NCBI RefSeq assembly: GCF_009834535.1
Contig: NC_045704.1
Span: forward strand, 12,834,001 to 12,898,000
Reading direction: 5' to 3'
Origin: Camelus ferus
Taxonomy: Eukaryota
Length of the DNA: 64,000 bases
The notes under the pieces are model-generated. The model ran no database searches, had not been told where the DNA came from, and worked only from the letters and a program-made list of their open reading frames with translations. Positions 37,126 through 49,092 of this stretch are shown piece after piece. A program made the translations under genes and the position numbers. Position 1 is the stretch's first letter. Every line of letters starts with the position of its first letter.

Positions 37126-38274
37126 CTGGTTTTTGCCATGGTCATCACGTGTGTCTGGTGTTCAGTGTCCCTGGGCTAGCCCTGACTCATGCAAGGGGGT
37201 TACTCCTTAAGGCCTCAGTTTACCCATCTGTGCAAGCCACCCACATCCTAGGTGCTCACTGCATAAGGGCCAGGCACTGTGCAAGGGACAGATGACACTC
37301 CTTACCTCTTCCCTGGGACATGATGAATAGGTGACAGTCACCCCAGTTTTATACAAGACACTGAGGCTTGAAGACAAGCAAAGGTCACAAAGTAGAAAAT
37401 ATAGCCAGAATCTAGATCTGACTCGAGTGGCCGCTCTTTTGAGAGAGGCTTCCAGGCTGAATCTGGAACCTCCCTCTTGCCTATAAACAGTTCAGGCCAT
37501 GTGTCCAGTAAGCATAGAGCCTTTTGCCTGACTGCTCTGTCTGTCAGGGACCTTGAGTCCCCTCCCAACTCCTGCTAGGTGACCTCAGGCAAGTTCTCCG
37601 TTCCAGGCCCTGGGCTCCCCTCTGCACGGGCCTGCAAAGAGCAGCTGTAAACAAGTTCAGAGCCCACTCCCCAACTGGAACCCACCCATCCCAGTGGCCT
37701 GGGCGCTCCCAACCCCCCTCACTGAGCCTGGGTTTTGGGTAATGGGGACTGATGGAGGCAGCACAGCCCTGACTCACTCTGTGGACCCTGCTGCTCTGTG
37801 CCTCAGTTTCCCTCTATCTCAGGGCAGTTGATTAGATCACCCAGCCTCACTGGTAAAAAGAAAGTCCAACTCAATGGAGACAAAGATCCTGCTTCTGGGG
37901 CAATTCCAAGGTAGACAAATAGCATGTAGGTGCCCTGAGCTGGAAGACACTGATTGGGTGGGGCCTGGGACCCCAACCTTCCAACGCCACCACGTTCTGT
38001 CAACAATGGCTGACTACGTACCAGGTGCGGTTCTAAGTGCTTCAGCCACCCAAGTCTTACGAAATCCTCACAACACCCACTTTATAGACAAAGAAGCAGG
38101 CAAAGAGAGAGGAATGCACTTCCCCCAAGTCACACTGTCTGTCCTCTCCCTGCTCACCACCCTCAGACGTGGGCCAAGTCTCCTGCATGTCTCTCCCCAG
38201 CCCTTTCCCACATTGGACTCTGAAAAGAAAGGGCTAAAAATCATGGGGACTCAGGGATAACATTTCATGAAATC

Positions 38275-38280
38275 TTTAAT
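38275..38280 (-). terminator. SCAF1 polyadenylation signal ATTAAA
   Basis: tttaat about 215 nt after the stop. Confidence 0.7.
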
Positions 38281-38493
38281 GAAATTGGAGGAGGGGCACG
38301 AATGGGGGGGTGGGGGAAGGGGACAGGCTAGGGTTGAGGGAGATGGGACTGGGGCTGGGCAGGGGGCTCTCCTCATTCCCGCAGCAACCCTCCCCCAATC
38401 ATCCCACTGTCGGGGGAGGGAATTAGGGAGGTGGAGCCATAAATATGTCCGGAATTTCAAAGAGGCGAAGGAGGAAAGGGGTGGCTGGGGAGC

Positions 38494-41400
38494 TCAGAGA
38501 GGGGGCAGGGGCAGGCCAGGGCCGCCCTTGTCAGGGGGCCCCGGCTCCTTGGGTGGCCGTGGGGGCCCGGGGGGGTCCCCAGGCTTGCGGCCGTGCTTGC
38601 GGAAGTAGCGGTAGCGTTGGACGTAGGCGCGCACCAGGTTGCTCACCTTCACCGGGTTGATCTCCCCACTTTTGCTGTGGCAGATCTGGGGGGTCAGGGG
38701 TAGCTGCTGTCACCACTGGCCCCCCCAGGGGCCCCTCCACCTGGACTGCTGTGCGCAGTGGGGGACTGGGATGGAAATCGCTCCCCCAAGGCCCAGGCCA
38801 ACGTCTCTACTTCTCCCAGCTGATGCCACAGGTCCAGGTGGGCTGGAGGAAATCCTGTCACGCTCCTCATCTTCCAGACTGACCCACCACCCCTGTATGT
38901 CTGTCTGCACACGTCCATCACTCCATCCCCTTCTTCCCCGACTCTGTGCATCTGCCCTNNNNNNNNNNNNNNNNNNNNNNNNNNNNNNNNNNNNNNNNNN
39001 NNNNNNNNNNNNNNNNNNNNNNNNNNNNNNNNNNNNNNNNNNNNNNNNNNNNNNNNNNNNNNNNNNNNNNNNNNNNNNNNNNNNNNNNNNNNNNNNNNNN
39101 NNNNNNNNNNNNNNNNNNNNNNTGGGAAGAAGGGAGAGCAAAGGCCAGATGAGTTCCTGCAGAACCCCTATCCCCACTCGCCTGCCAGCTCAGACTTCTT
39201 GACCACCCAGCTACTACTGTAGGTTGAAGTCCTGCTTAGGGTCTGCCCTGTGCTCCCCTTGTTGCAGACACCCCAGATCACAGGCCATGCCTGGGCCTCT
39301 GAATACCACCAGCATCTACTCCAGGCTGGAGCCTGGGCCATCGCAGGTATCCATAACCAGGACCCATGTGTCCTCTGCCCTTACACACTTCAGTCTGCTA
39401 GGCAGACAGACCTGAGCCCAGCAGCTGCTCCCTACTGTCCCAGCAAAGATGAGGATGCAGGACACCCCACACTTCAGGGCCAATGCCTCCCATGAGATGA
39501 GACCGCAAACCGTCCGATGAGCTACTGCTTGGGGAGCCGCACTGCATCCCAGGGGGAATCTTCTGGCCTCCCTAGCCCCACAGGAAGTGTGTTTCTAAAG
39601 CGATGTGGCCAAAAGAAAGGGGTTGTACCCCACACCCATCACCTGTGTGGCAGAGAACAGACTAGGGCAGCCTCACTGGAGGAATAAGGGACCTGCTGCT
39701 AGTCACAGAGCCCAGACTGTCCTGTCCTGCAGCCCACAAGTGCCACTGACAAGTGTCTGTCCAAGCTGCGTCCCGTCCATTTCTCTATATGGGGCTTAGA
39801 ACTTGAGTTTATCTTGCTTTCCTTCTGGCACTGGACTTGGCGTGCATAAGGGGTGGGCAGCGCCATCACCTGGTGAGAGGTTACTGGACCACAGTGGACA
39901 GCATCCAGACCCAACCCAAAGGCAAATAGCCCCCAGGCCCAGGAGGAGGAGCCAGATTCAGTCATGGAACAAAAACCTGTTTGCCCTGCACTCATTCTTC
40001 TGCCCTTCGTCCATGATTTTCCTTTTGTAAACCACCCTTCCCATTACACAGAAAGACTGGGGTGCAGGGTAGAGACAGGTAACCAAGGGGTAGACTCTAG
40101 TGGGTATACGTGTAAATATGTGGGCATGTTCCTATCCATTTCATCTTCCTCCCCCACACCGTCTCTACATGTCATCCTTTAAAAACCTGCCTAGCACCCC
40201 TTTCCCAATTATTCAATCGAATGAAAGTTTACTTCCTTGTTATCTAATGTCTTCAGTTTTATCTAAGCCCCCATCTGCCTACATCAGTCTCTGACATTCT
40301 CCTTGGGCCCCTGCATCTCAGTATCTGCCTGCATTCTCTGCAAAACTGTCACCATCAACCCACCTCTCCCAAGCCCAGTTCACCTTGTCTGTGTCCCCAC
40401 GTCCCTCGGAGCTGCTGCTGCCCTCTCTCTTGTCAGACGCCGCAGCCAGCCCGGTGGGGGTGGGAGGGGTAGAGCCACAGCCCCCCAGGGGGAGGCTGCC
40501 AGGGAGCAGGTAGCTGGAGGGGCCTGGGGGCAGACCCAGAGAGGTGGGTACAGGAGCTGGCGTCACCCCCAGACTTGAAGGTGGCTTCCTGTGGCTGAGG
40601 ATCTGCAGGAAAAGTTTGGAGGATAAGCAAAGAGGAGTGGAGGAAGAGGGAGCAGGTACCCCTACTCCCACCCAAATCTTCCAACATTCCCAGAGGCAAC
40701 AGGCTCCTCTTCTGGCCGATACCTTGCCCTAAAGCCTGCTGGGAGCTGAAGTTCCTCTCTTAACCCGAAGCAGGGGACAAGAGAAGGGGCTGCGGGGACT
40801 CTTCCCCAGGGGAGCCCACCTGGTTGGTGGCCTGGATCAGCTCCTGGGCCTTTGCTCGGCTTGCCAGATTGGCTTCTTCCATCTTGAAGAGAAGTGCGGT
40901 CACTGCAGGAGGTGGAGAGTCGACAACAAGGAGACGGGGAGCTGACCCCAGAGGAGAGGGTGAAACTCACCCCACCACGGGCTGCACCTCCCACCCGGGC
41001 CCGGGACGGGCCATAGGTCTCAAGCTCAGAACTGGGAAAGGGGGCCCTTGGCCAGTGACAGAACCACCCCACATCCCATACATTGTTGGGACTCAAGGTG
41101 GAGGGAAGGGGATGTGTGCCCAAGGTCACACAGTGACAAATCAGTGTCAGAAGTGAGATTCTGTGTCCCAAATTCCCCCCTACCATCAGTCCTGGCCCCT
41201 CTCCCCACCTCTGCAGTCTAGCAGAGGATCCTGCCACCCTCTAAGGGACACTGCTCCCTGTCCCCCCATTCTTTCCAGTCCCTCCCAGTCTACCTCCAGG
41301 TGGACCCCAGGACACACCCTACTCCTCCAGTCTGTGCCAGACTGGCCGCCCCCTGCTCCCATCTGCCCTGATCTCTTCCAGTGAGCCCAGACATCTTGGA

Positions 41401-44400
41401 ATCTTCTGGACAGATCCAGATTGGCCCTACCAATCAGGACTGATGCACCTGCGGCCCTCCTGGTCCTGGTCACTCTCCCACCCCTTCCAAGGTATCTTTA
41501 CTGCCTCCAAGTCTGTCCCCATATGACCTTCTCCTCCCTGATCCTGTCTGCCTCAGCCCCCCCAGGGACACTCACAGGCCAGGACACCACTGGTAGTACA
41601 GTCCACACCAGCAGGCAGGTTCCAGGGCATGGGCGGGGGCAGTGTGGGCAGCTGGGAGACACGGGGAGCTGGCCCATCCTCTGCCCCTGAGTCACCAGCT
41701 GTGGACCCCGCACTAGGGGCCGTGCTGGGAGCGGCTGCAGCCGTGCTGGTGGCAGTGGTGGTGGCGGGCTGCTGTTCCTCCTCCTCCTCCTCTTCTTCCT
41801 CCTCCTCTTCTTCCTCTTCCTCCTCCTCCACCCCACCTCGGACCCCAGCCTCCTCAGTGGCCTCCTCTGGCAGGAAGGAGACCTCAGGCGTCTTGCAGCT
41901 GCTATCCACAGTCTGTGAGTCCGGCGTGAGTGCCGGGGGTGGAGGGGCTGCCTTGGGGGGCGGGGTGCTCGGGGCCTTGGCTGCCCGCTCCTCCCCGGAC
42001 CAGGAAGTCTCCTCAGCCCCCTTGGCTCCCGCAGCCTGGCTGCAGCTATCCGCCTTGGACTTCTTCAGTGTCACAGGGCCGCTGCTACCCCCACTGTTGC
42101 CCCCACTGCGGAGCTTTTTCCTGGTCTTGGATGGCTTGGTCTTTCCCTTGGTCCCCTTGGCTTTCTTGGCCCCAGCCTTGGCCTTCACCTTGGTCTTTTT
42201 GGGTTTGGTGCTGCCCTGAGCTGCTTTGGCCACCTCAGCAGGGGCCCGCTCGTCCGGCTTGAGGAAGGGAGAGCGGCTCTCTCGGTCTCGGCTGAACTTG
42301 ACTCCGATGGAGCCCAAGCTGGCAGACGTGGCCTCCTTGGCCGGTGTGGTGCTGCTGACGCCTTCTCGGATCAGCACCGCCACCTTGGACTGCAGTTTCA
42401 CCTTCCGGGAGGAAGAGGAGGATGAGGAGGATGAGGAGCCTGAGCCACTGCTGACGGGTGGCTTTGGCGGGGGCCCTGAGGAGGGCGCCAACTCCTTGGG
42501 GGGCCGGGCCTTCTTGGATGACCTGTCCCTGTCCCTATCTCTGTCCCTGTCTCTGTCCCGATCCCCACCATCCAGCGCCTTCCGCCGGGATCCCTTCTCC
42601 CGGGAGGAAGAGGAGGAGGAGGCAGCCCCAGAGCGGCGCCGGTCCTTCTCACTGCTCTTGCCTCCCCGCTCCTCGGCGCTCAGTCCCTCTGAGTCGTATA
42701 GGACCTCGCGCTTAGGCGACGAGGTGGGGGCCGGTGAGGGGCCTCGGGGGTCAGGCTTGTCCGGCCGGCCCACGGTGATGGTCCGCTTGATGGCGAAGAG
42801 ATCGTGGTCCGTGAGGTCCTGGATGGAGGGCGGCACGGCTCCACGGCGGCGGCTGTCGCGTTCTCCGCCCAAGGAGGTGGAACCGGAGGGTGGTGGGGCT
42901 GGGGCAGGGGCCTTCTCACTGTCCCCAGTCCGCTTCTCACCCCGGGACCGCGACCGCTTTTTCTTCTTCTTGCTGCCGCCACCATCCCGGTGCTTGCCGC
43001 GGTGCCGCTCGCGCCTGGAGGACGACGACGAGGAGGTGGCCGGGGGAGGGGAAGCCGAGCGCCGCCGACGCCGCCTTTTCTCCCGCGACCGCGAGCGGCG
43101 GCTTCCCCCGCGGCGCCGATCGGTGCTCCGCGAGCGGCGGCGGGCAGAGCGAGAGCGGGAGCGGGAGCGGCGACGAGTGGACGACGAGGCATGGGAGCCC
43201 GGCTTGCGGTCCCGGGAGCGGTGCTTCTTGGAGTCCCAGGGGGAAGCCGGGGCCGGCGGGACGGGCTGCGAGGCAGAAGAGGATGAGGCAGCCTCCTTGG
43301 CCTCGCCACCCGCTCCGCTTGCGCTCCCGCCTCGACTTCTTGCGGATGGGTGGGCCGGCGGGGGCGGCATTGGCGTTGGCATTGGCTGCGGCTGGGGAGG
43401 GCGAGCGTTGGCGGTAGCGCTCCCGCCGCTGGGTCAGGATCTTGCGGCGCAGGTCCAGGCCGCCCCAGCGAGTGTCGGCCGCGGGCGGAGCGGGGGCCGG
43501 CTCCCCGAGGTCCACCTGCAGGGCGCCCTCGCCATCTGACTCAGCGTGCAGAGACAAGAAGTCGTCTCCCTCCGGGGCCCGGGGAGCGGGCGGCGGGGGC
43601 GGGGGCTGGACTGCTGCGGGGGCTGGGGCCGCGGGAGGGGGACGGGCGGCCCGGCCGCTGGCCCGGAAGAGGGAGAGCGCCACCCTGGGCTCCTCCTCGG
43701 GCTGGACAATCTCGCCCTCCTCAATCTCTGAGTCTCCAGGTGGCAGCAGTGGGGGCGGGAGGGCGGCTCCACCGGCGGTCACCACCTCCACGGAGACTTT
43801 GCCTTCCCGACAGGCCTCCGCCTCAGTCCCCACCACAAACACACGCCGGCGGGTGGTTCCGTCGGCGCGGGTGGAGTCGGCCTGGGGTGGTGTTCCAGGG
43901 GCAGGAGCTGGCTGCAGAGGCTGGNNNNNNNNNNNNNNNNNNNNNNNNNNNNNNNNNNNNNNNNNNNNNNNNNNNNNNNNNNNNNNNNNNNNNNNNNNNN
44001 NNNNNNNNNNNNNNNNNNNNNNNNNNNNNNNNNNNNNNNNNNNNNNNNNNNNNNNNNNNNNNNNNNNNNNNNNNNNNNNNNNNNNNNNNNNNNNNNNNNN
44101 NNNNNNNNNNNNNNNNNNNNNNNNNNNNNNNGAGCCAGTGGGCTCAAAGGGGTCGTACTTCTGCTCCGGAGCGGGCGGTGGGGAATAGGCCTCGTCGGTG
44201 GGGTGGAAGGGGTCATAGATATCGAACCTGGGGGCCGGAGGGGCTGGGGGAGCCGGAGGTGGTGGTGGGGGAGGCGGGGAAGGGGAGGATGATGAGGGGG
44301 AAGGGGAAGGCGAGGAGGATGCAGAGGAGGGGGCAGGGGGTGGGGCAGGGCCCCCGTCTCCGGTGCCTAAGGTGAGGAGTTGGCGGGCACAGGTAGGTCG

Positions 44401-47400
44401 AGAAGAGTGAGACTGCGGAGAAACTGCAAAGGAAAAGCAGAGACAGAGCAGCGGTCAGATGCCCATCCGGGTTGTAGCGGAGGGGGCCACAGGCAGGACA
44501 GCACCCCATCTGCTGGCCCCCCATCGCTTAGTGCTCACCGCACCATGTCTCAACCCGAAGAATGAGCTTAACAACTCCTTGATATATAGGTACTGTGACC
44601 CAGGCTTCCCAGAGAAAACTGAGGCACAGGGAGCTGCAGTAGCTTCCCCTGGGGCACACAGTCGACAAGGGGAAGTCAGGGTGCAAACTCGGTCAATGTA
44701 GCTCCCGAGCCTGCCCTCTCAAATCCTGAGACGTAGGCTGGCCTGCAGCCCAAGACTACTCTGACCAATGACAGCAGCGATGGTACCACAGGAGGCACAG
44801 GCTGGGACAGCAGAGCCTGGGCTCTAACCCAGGACGGTGGCAAGGTCAAGGCCTGCCTGCTGTGCTGGCTGCCTCTATGGGACTTGATCACTTTGTACAT
44901 GGGGAATATTGGGAGGCTGAGAAGGTGAAATCCCCTCTGCAGAGTCAGGAAGAGCTCACTGCACCCTTGTCACTCTGTGATGAGCCCATCTAAGGGGAGA
45001 CATCTGCTCAGGACTCAGACATCACTGACCAGTGAAGGCATCAACTAGCATTTGCCCCTTCCTACGGGCCAGGCCTCATCTTCTCCTCCGTCACCTTGTC
45101 CACCCTCCGAAGTCCTGGCTTTCTAAGTGCTACATGGTCTCAGTGCTACAAGTCACAAAAAGGAGACAACTGACTGGGGTTGCACCTGGGGCGGGTGACG
45201 GGGCCAGGGTTCAGACATACACATCAGAGTCCAGAGGCCACTCTCTCAACCACATGTAACGTGTCCAGCCACAGCAAGGACGCCAGCAAGGTTGCATGGA
45301 CAGTGCTGGAAAGGCCTGGGGTCGAGAGGGCAGAGCCCGAGCCACCTCACCTTCCAGATTCCAGGCTCCGGCCCTCACCCTCGATGAGCCCAAGAGCAAG
45401 GAACTCAACCGCTGTCTGCCTCAGTTTCCTCATCAACAAAATGGGCATCTGCTCATTCACACAACACATTTTCTCCGATCACTAGTCTAACAGGTGCACT
45501 ATGGGGTACTAAACCAGAACAGTGAACAAGAGACAAAACTCCCTGCCTTCCAGGAGCTCACGTTTAAGTGAGGACAGACAAATATCAGTAAGCCCTGCAC
45601 AAAGTCCGGGAGCCGCTGATGGCTCTGGAGGAATACCAGGCAGGGGATGAGGACGATGAGGATGACAGCATCCAGACCTCAGGGGGCTGAGAGGACTGGA
45701 TGAGCATCTGCTTGGAAAGAACAGACGGACCCTGGCACCTCGAGGCCTGGGTGAGTACGAGCTCTGACTCCTCAGCTGTTACTACTACCGCCTGAAGCAT
45801 AAACCAGTCTGCAGACTGGAGCGGTCCGCAAACGAGAAACATCCGCTTCTTTATACATAGCTTGTTCATGAGGGACAAGACTATGGGTGAGTTTTCTTTC
45901 CTTTTTCCTGTGTTCTTAATATTTTCCAACGAAGACCAAACAACACTTGGAATAAGAAAAAATGTAATCGCGGAGTCCCACTGAAGACAACCATTAGGTG
46001 CCAGAGACCACCTGCATATATCACTTATGGCCTAGGGGCCAAATTCCACACACCTACTGCTTTTGTAAATAAAGTTTCATTGGAACACTATCCCACCCAC
46101 TCATTAATGTATCCCCTACGGCCTCTGATTCAAAAAAAAAAATGAAAATACTTTGTGGGCTCCTAAGAGTGTGGTGGGCCCTAGGCACCATATCCCCTAA
46201 GCCTATTGGATAAGTAAGTCACCCCGCATCTGTGTGGGGATTAAAAAAAAAAGACAAGAAAACCGTGCACTGGCTCAGAGGGTGTGCAAGCCACGTTCTG
46301 TGGCATAACAGGTTACTTCAGGAGGAGGGTATAGCTCAAGTGGTAGAGCATGTGCTTAGCATGCACAAGGTTCTGGGTTCAATCCCCAGTACCTCCATTA
46401 AAAAAATAAATGAATAAACGTAATTTATCCACCCCCAAACAAAGAAAAGAACAGGTGCTCGCAGCTGACCTACTGCTATATGTTCCTCTCCTCTCTGCCC
46501 CTCCTCGGATACGTACGTATGTACACACAGAAGGAAAGTCTCAATCCAGGGTCCCAGGGAACCAGCAGCAGCACCACCGGGACTTAGTTAGAAATGCACA
46601 TTCCTAGGCCCAACCACAGACCTGCTGAATCAGAAACCCTAGGGGTGGGCCTGGCAATCTGTGTATTAACAGGACCTGTGATGTGTACTCAAGTTTGAGA
46701 CCCTCTGCTCCCTGCTGCTCAAGGGCACACCACCATGTGCAGGGTACAGGCAGGGTGTGGGAGCGGACCATCACTAGGGCAGATGCACGTCGCAGAAGTC
46801 AAAAACCTGGGCTTCACACGCAGAAGGCCCCAGGCTTGGGGCTCAGGACCACCACTAAGCAACTGGCTGTGCCACCTTGAGCAAGTGACTTTCCTTTCAG
46901 ACTTTTCTTCTCCTAGAGTTGGAGATGCTAAGATTCCCCCTCCCAGGGAGATGACTTCCCAGCACAGTTACACTGATATGGAGAGGCCAGGACGCGGAGT
47001 GCCTCCCACGTGCTAACCACGGCTCCCACGTGGTAGCTCTCATGTCAGTTTTTACTTTATGTACATCTGCAGGTACCAACAGCCTTTACTACAGTCCAAT
47101 AGGAAACACACGTTGCAGTAAAGATTTGGTCTAAATGACATCATCATCACTACCATTACTACCAACAACGGCAGATGCTCACACAACACCGAGGCTGGCC
47201 GACTGCCCAGCTACACCCCGGCCCCACATACCTGTTTTGCCCGTCCTCCAGGCCCTGAGACGGGGCAGCAGGCTGGGCACGGGAAGAGGGATTGGATCCC
47301 TGTCCCCAATTCGGACCTCGGCCACCAGCTCCAGCATGTCCTCGCTCCTGCAAGACAGAAGGGGTGACTAAGCCTCAGAGGAACTTCCACCTCCCATGTT

Positions 47401-49092
47401 GGGGGCCTCTCCCACCCCAGCTGCTCAAATACTCACTCGCCAGGCCGCAGGTCCAGGTGGCTGGGAACCCAGGTATCTGGGGGATCCAGGATGCTCACCA
47501 GACCTGTGAGGAGGCCGTCCGCAGCCACGTCCAACACCTGGAATAGACCAAGAGGGGCTCCACACTGTCTCTGCTCATGTGAGGACCCACAAATCCCATT
47601 TCCCCAGACCTTGACCTTTCAGTAACCCAGACATGAGACCCTAAGAAAACACAAAGGTCCAACCAATTCCCTCATCCTGACTACTTCCAGACCCCAAGGC
47701 TAAGACCCTCCAATGCTGCCCCTGATCAGCACCCCAGACCCACGTATCTGGGTCCCCATCCCCATCTCCCCACCTCAGGAATCCAGGCCCCAATGACCTT
47801 CCTCCCCCAGCCCCAGAAGCCCAGGTCCCTTGCCCCCTCTTCTTACTCACAGTAGCCGTGTCAGCACCCCCTGATTCCTGGGAACGGGACTCTGACCGTG
47901 GGCTCCGGCAGCGCCTCCATCGAAGGCCACGACACCGAGAGCCATCTGGAAAGAGATGTTGCATGGGGGATGGAGACCAGGCACTAGATGCAGAGATGTC
48001 GTAGGGCAGAGGAAAAAGGAGCCTGCCTAGCTCTTGACAGGGAACCAGGCTCCTGCCTACTGTCCCGGCCTCTAGCCAACTGCCCCTCGACTTGGGTCCC
48101 AGAAGGACTTCCCCAACACCCTTTTCAGGCTCCAACTCTCTCATCCATTTGTCCTCCCAGACACCCTCAGGATGAAGTCCAGACAAGTCAGCTTGGCATT
48201 TGAGCCTTGCTGTGACCCAGTCCCCACGGAGCAATGCTGCTTCCCTTCCCACCAACACCCTCTGCCCATAGGCCCCAAAGAACAACTCAGCCCTGCAATG
48301 TATCCCTGTGCAGTGCTCCTGCTGGTGCTGCCCCTGCCTACCAGGCCTTCCTCTTTATCAGACAACTCTAACACATCCTTAGAGACACAGTCCACCTGTC
48401 ACCTCCTCCAGGAACCCTTCCTGGACTCCATCTCCCTCCAAACTAGCTTAGCTGGGCCCCTTGCCCTCTCATGGTGCCTCAGGGTACCTCTGTGCTGGGA
48501 CTGTAGTCCCTCCACAAAACTGTGAGCCCCTCCAAGGCAGCCACGGAGTCCAACCCATCTTGGACTCCCTGTGCCAGGACAAGGGTAGCACCCAGGAGGC
48601 CTCAGAAAAGTATCTGAATGAGATTAGGAGAAAGAATGCAGAGATAGGGCAGGGAGCTGGGAGGAACTGGAACCGTCATACCTTTATCCTTTGGCAGATC
48701 CCCCTGCAAGGAACTTCCCACAGCCTGCTGAATGGCCCGCTGAAAGAAAGGTGAGGGCAGTGGGGTTGGAAAGAAAGAGCAGTTAGGGGACTCATGCAAA
48801 AGGCCACAGGCTCTACTGCTGGAAGACAGAGTCCAGACCCCTCCTATGACAAGACTAAAATCCTACAGACAGGCCAAAAATCCAGGCCCCCAACTCCCCT
48901 CCCGTGGGGTTCAGGAAATGAGGGCCCTGGAATCTGGACTCCAGGCCCTTCCCTCCCTCAGCCCCAGGGGTCTAGCAGCCTCACCAAGATAAAAGCAGAA
49001 GGAGAAAGCGCAGGGTCTCTGTCTGGCGGACCGTCACCCCGATCCTCGCCTGACTCCTCTGTCTTCCCTCGAGACTCATCTTCTTCCTCCAT
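38494..49092 (-). CDS. SCAF1: SR-related CTD-associated factor 1 (about 1315 aa; one apparent +1 frameshift, one exon in an N gap)
   Basis: Exons 48985-49092, 48682-48739, 47851-47945, 47437-47537, 47232-47347, 41576-44423 (N gap 43925-44131; extra base near 43308), 40820-40902, 40384-40602, about 38993-39121 (hidden in the N gap; polypyrimidine acceptor abuts the gap), 38494-38685. RS/RD repeats, poly-E, and a C-terminal CTD-binding domain ending GPGLPLPPL*. Confidence 0.95.
38959..39122. other. Assembly gap (164 N) covering SCAF1 exon 10
   Basis: Run of n. A minus-strand polypyrimidine tract CTCTCCCTTCTTCCCA abuts the gap, and the expected 129-nt exon is found nowhere else. Confidence 0.9.
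43925..44131. other. Assembly gap (207 N) inside SCAF1 exon 7 (poly-Glu region)
   Basis: The reading frame is the same on both sides of the gap. Confidence 0.95.
46320..46450 (+). mobile_element. Vic-1-type SINE
   Basis: Consensus match. Confidence 0.9.
46545..46710 (+). mobile_element. MER5A-like element
   Basis: ccagcagcagcacc..gttagaaatgca..cagacctgctgaatcagaaac. Confidence 0.75.

Noticed and set aside
41629-44375. Long + strand ORFs (437, 341, 248, 196 aa) over SCAF1 exon 7
   Set aside because: Antisense shadows of a GC-rich, low-complexity coding exon; no independent signals.
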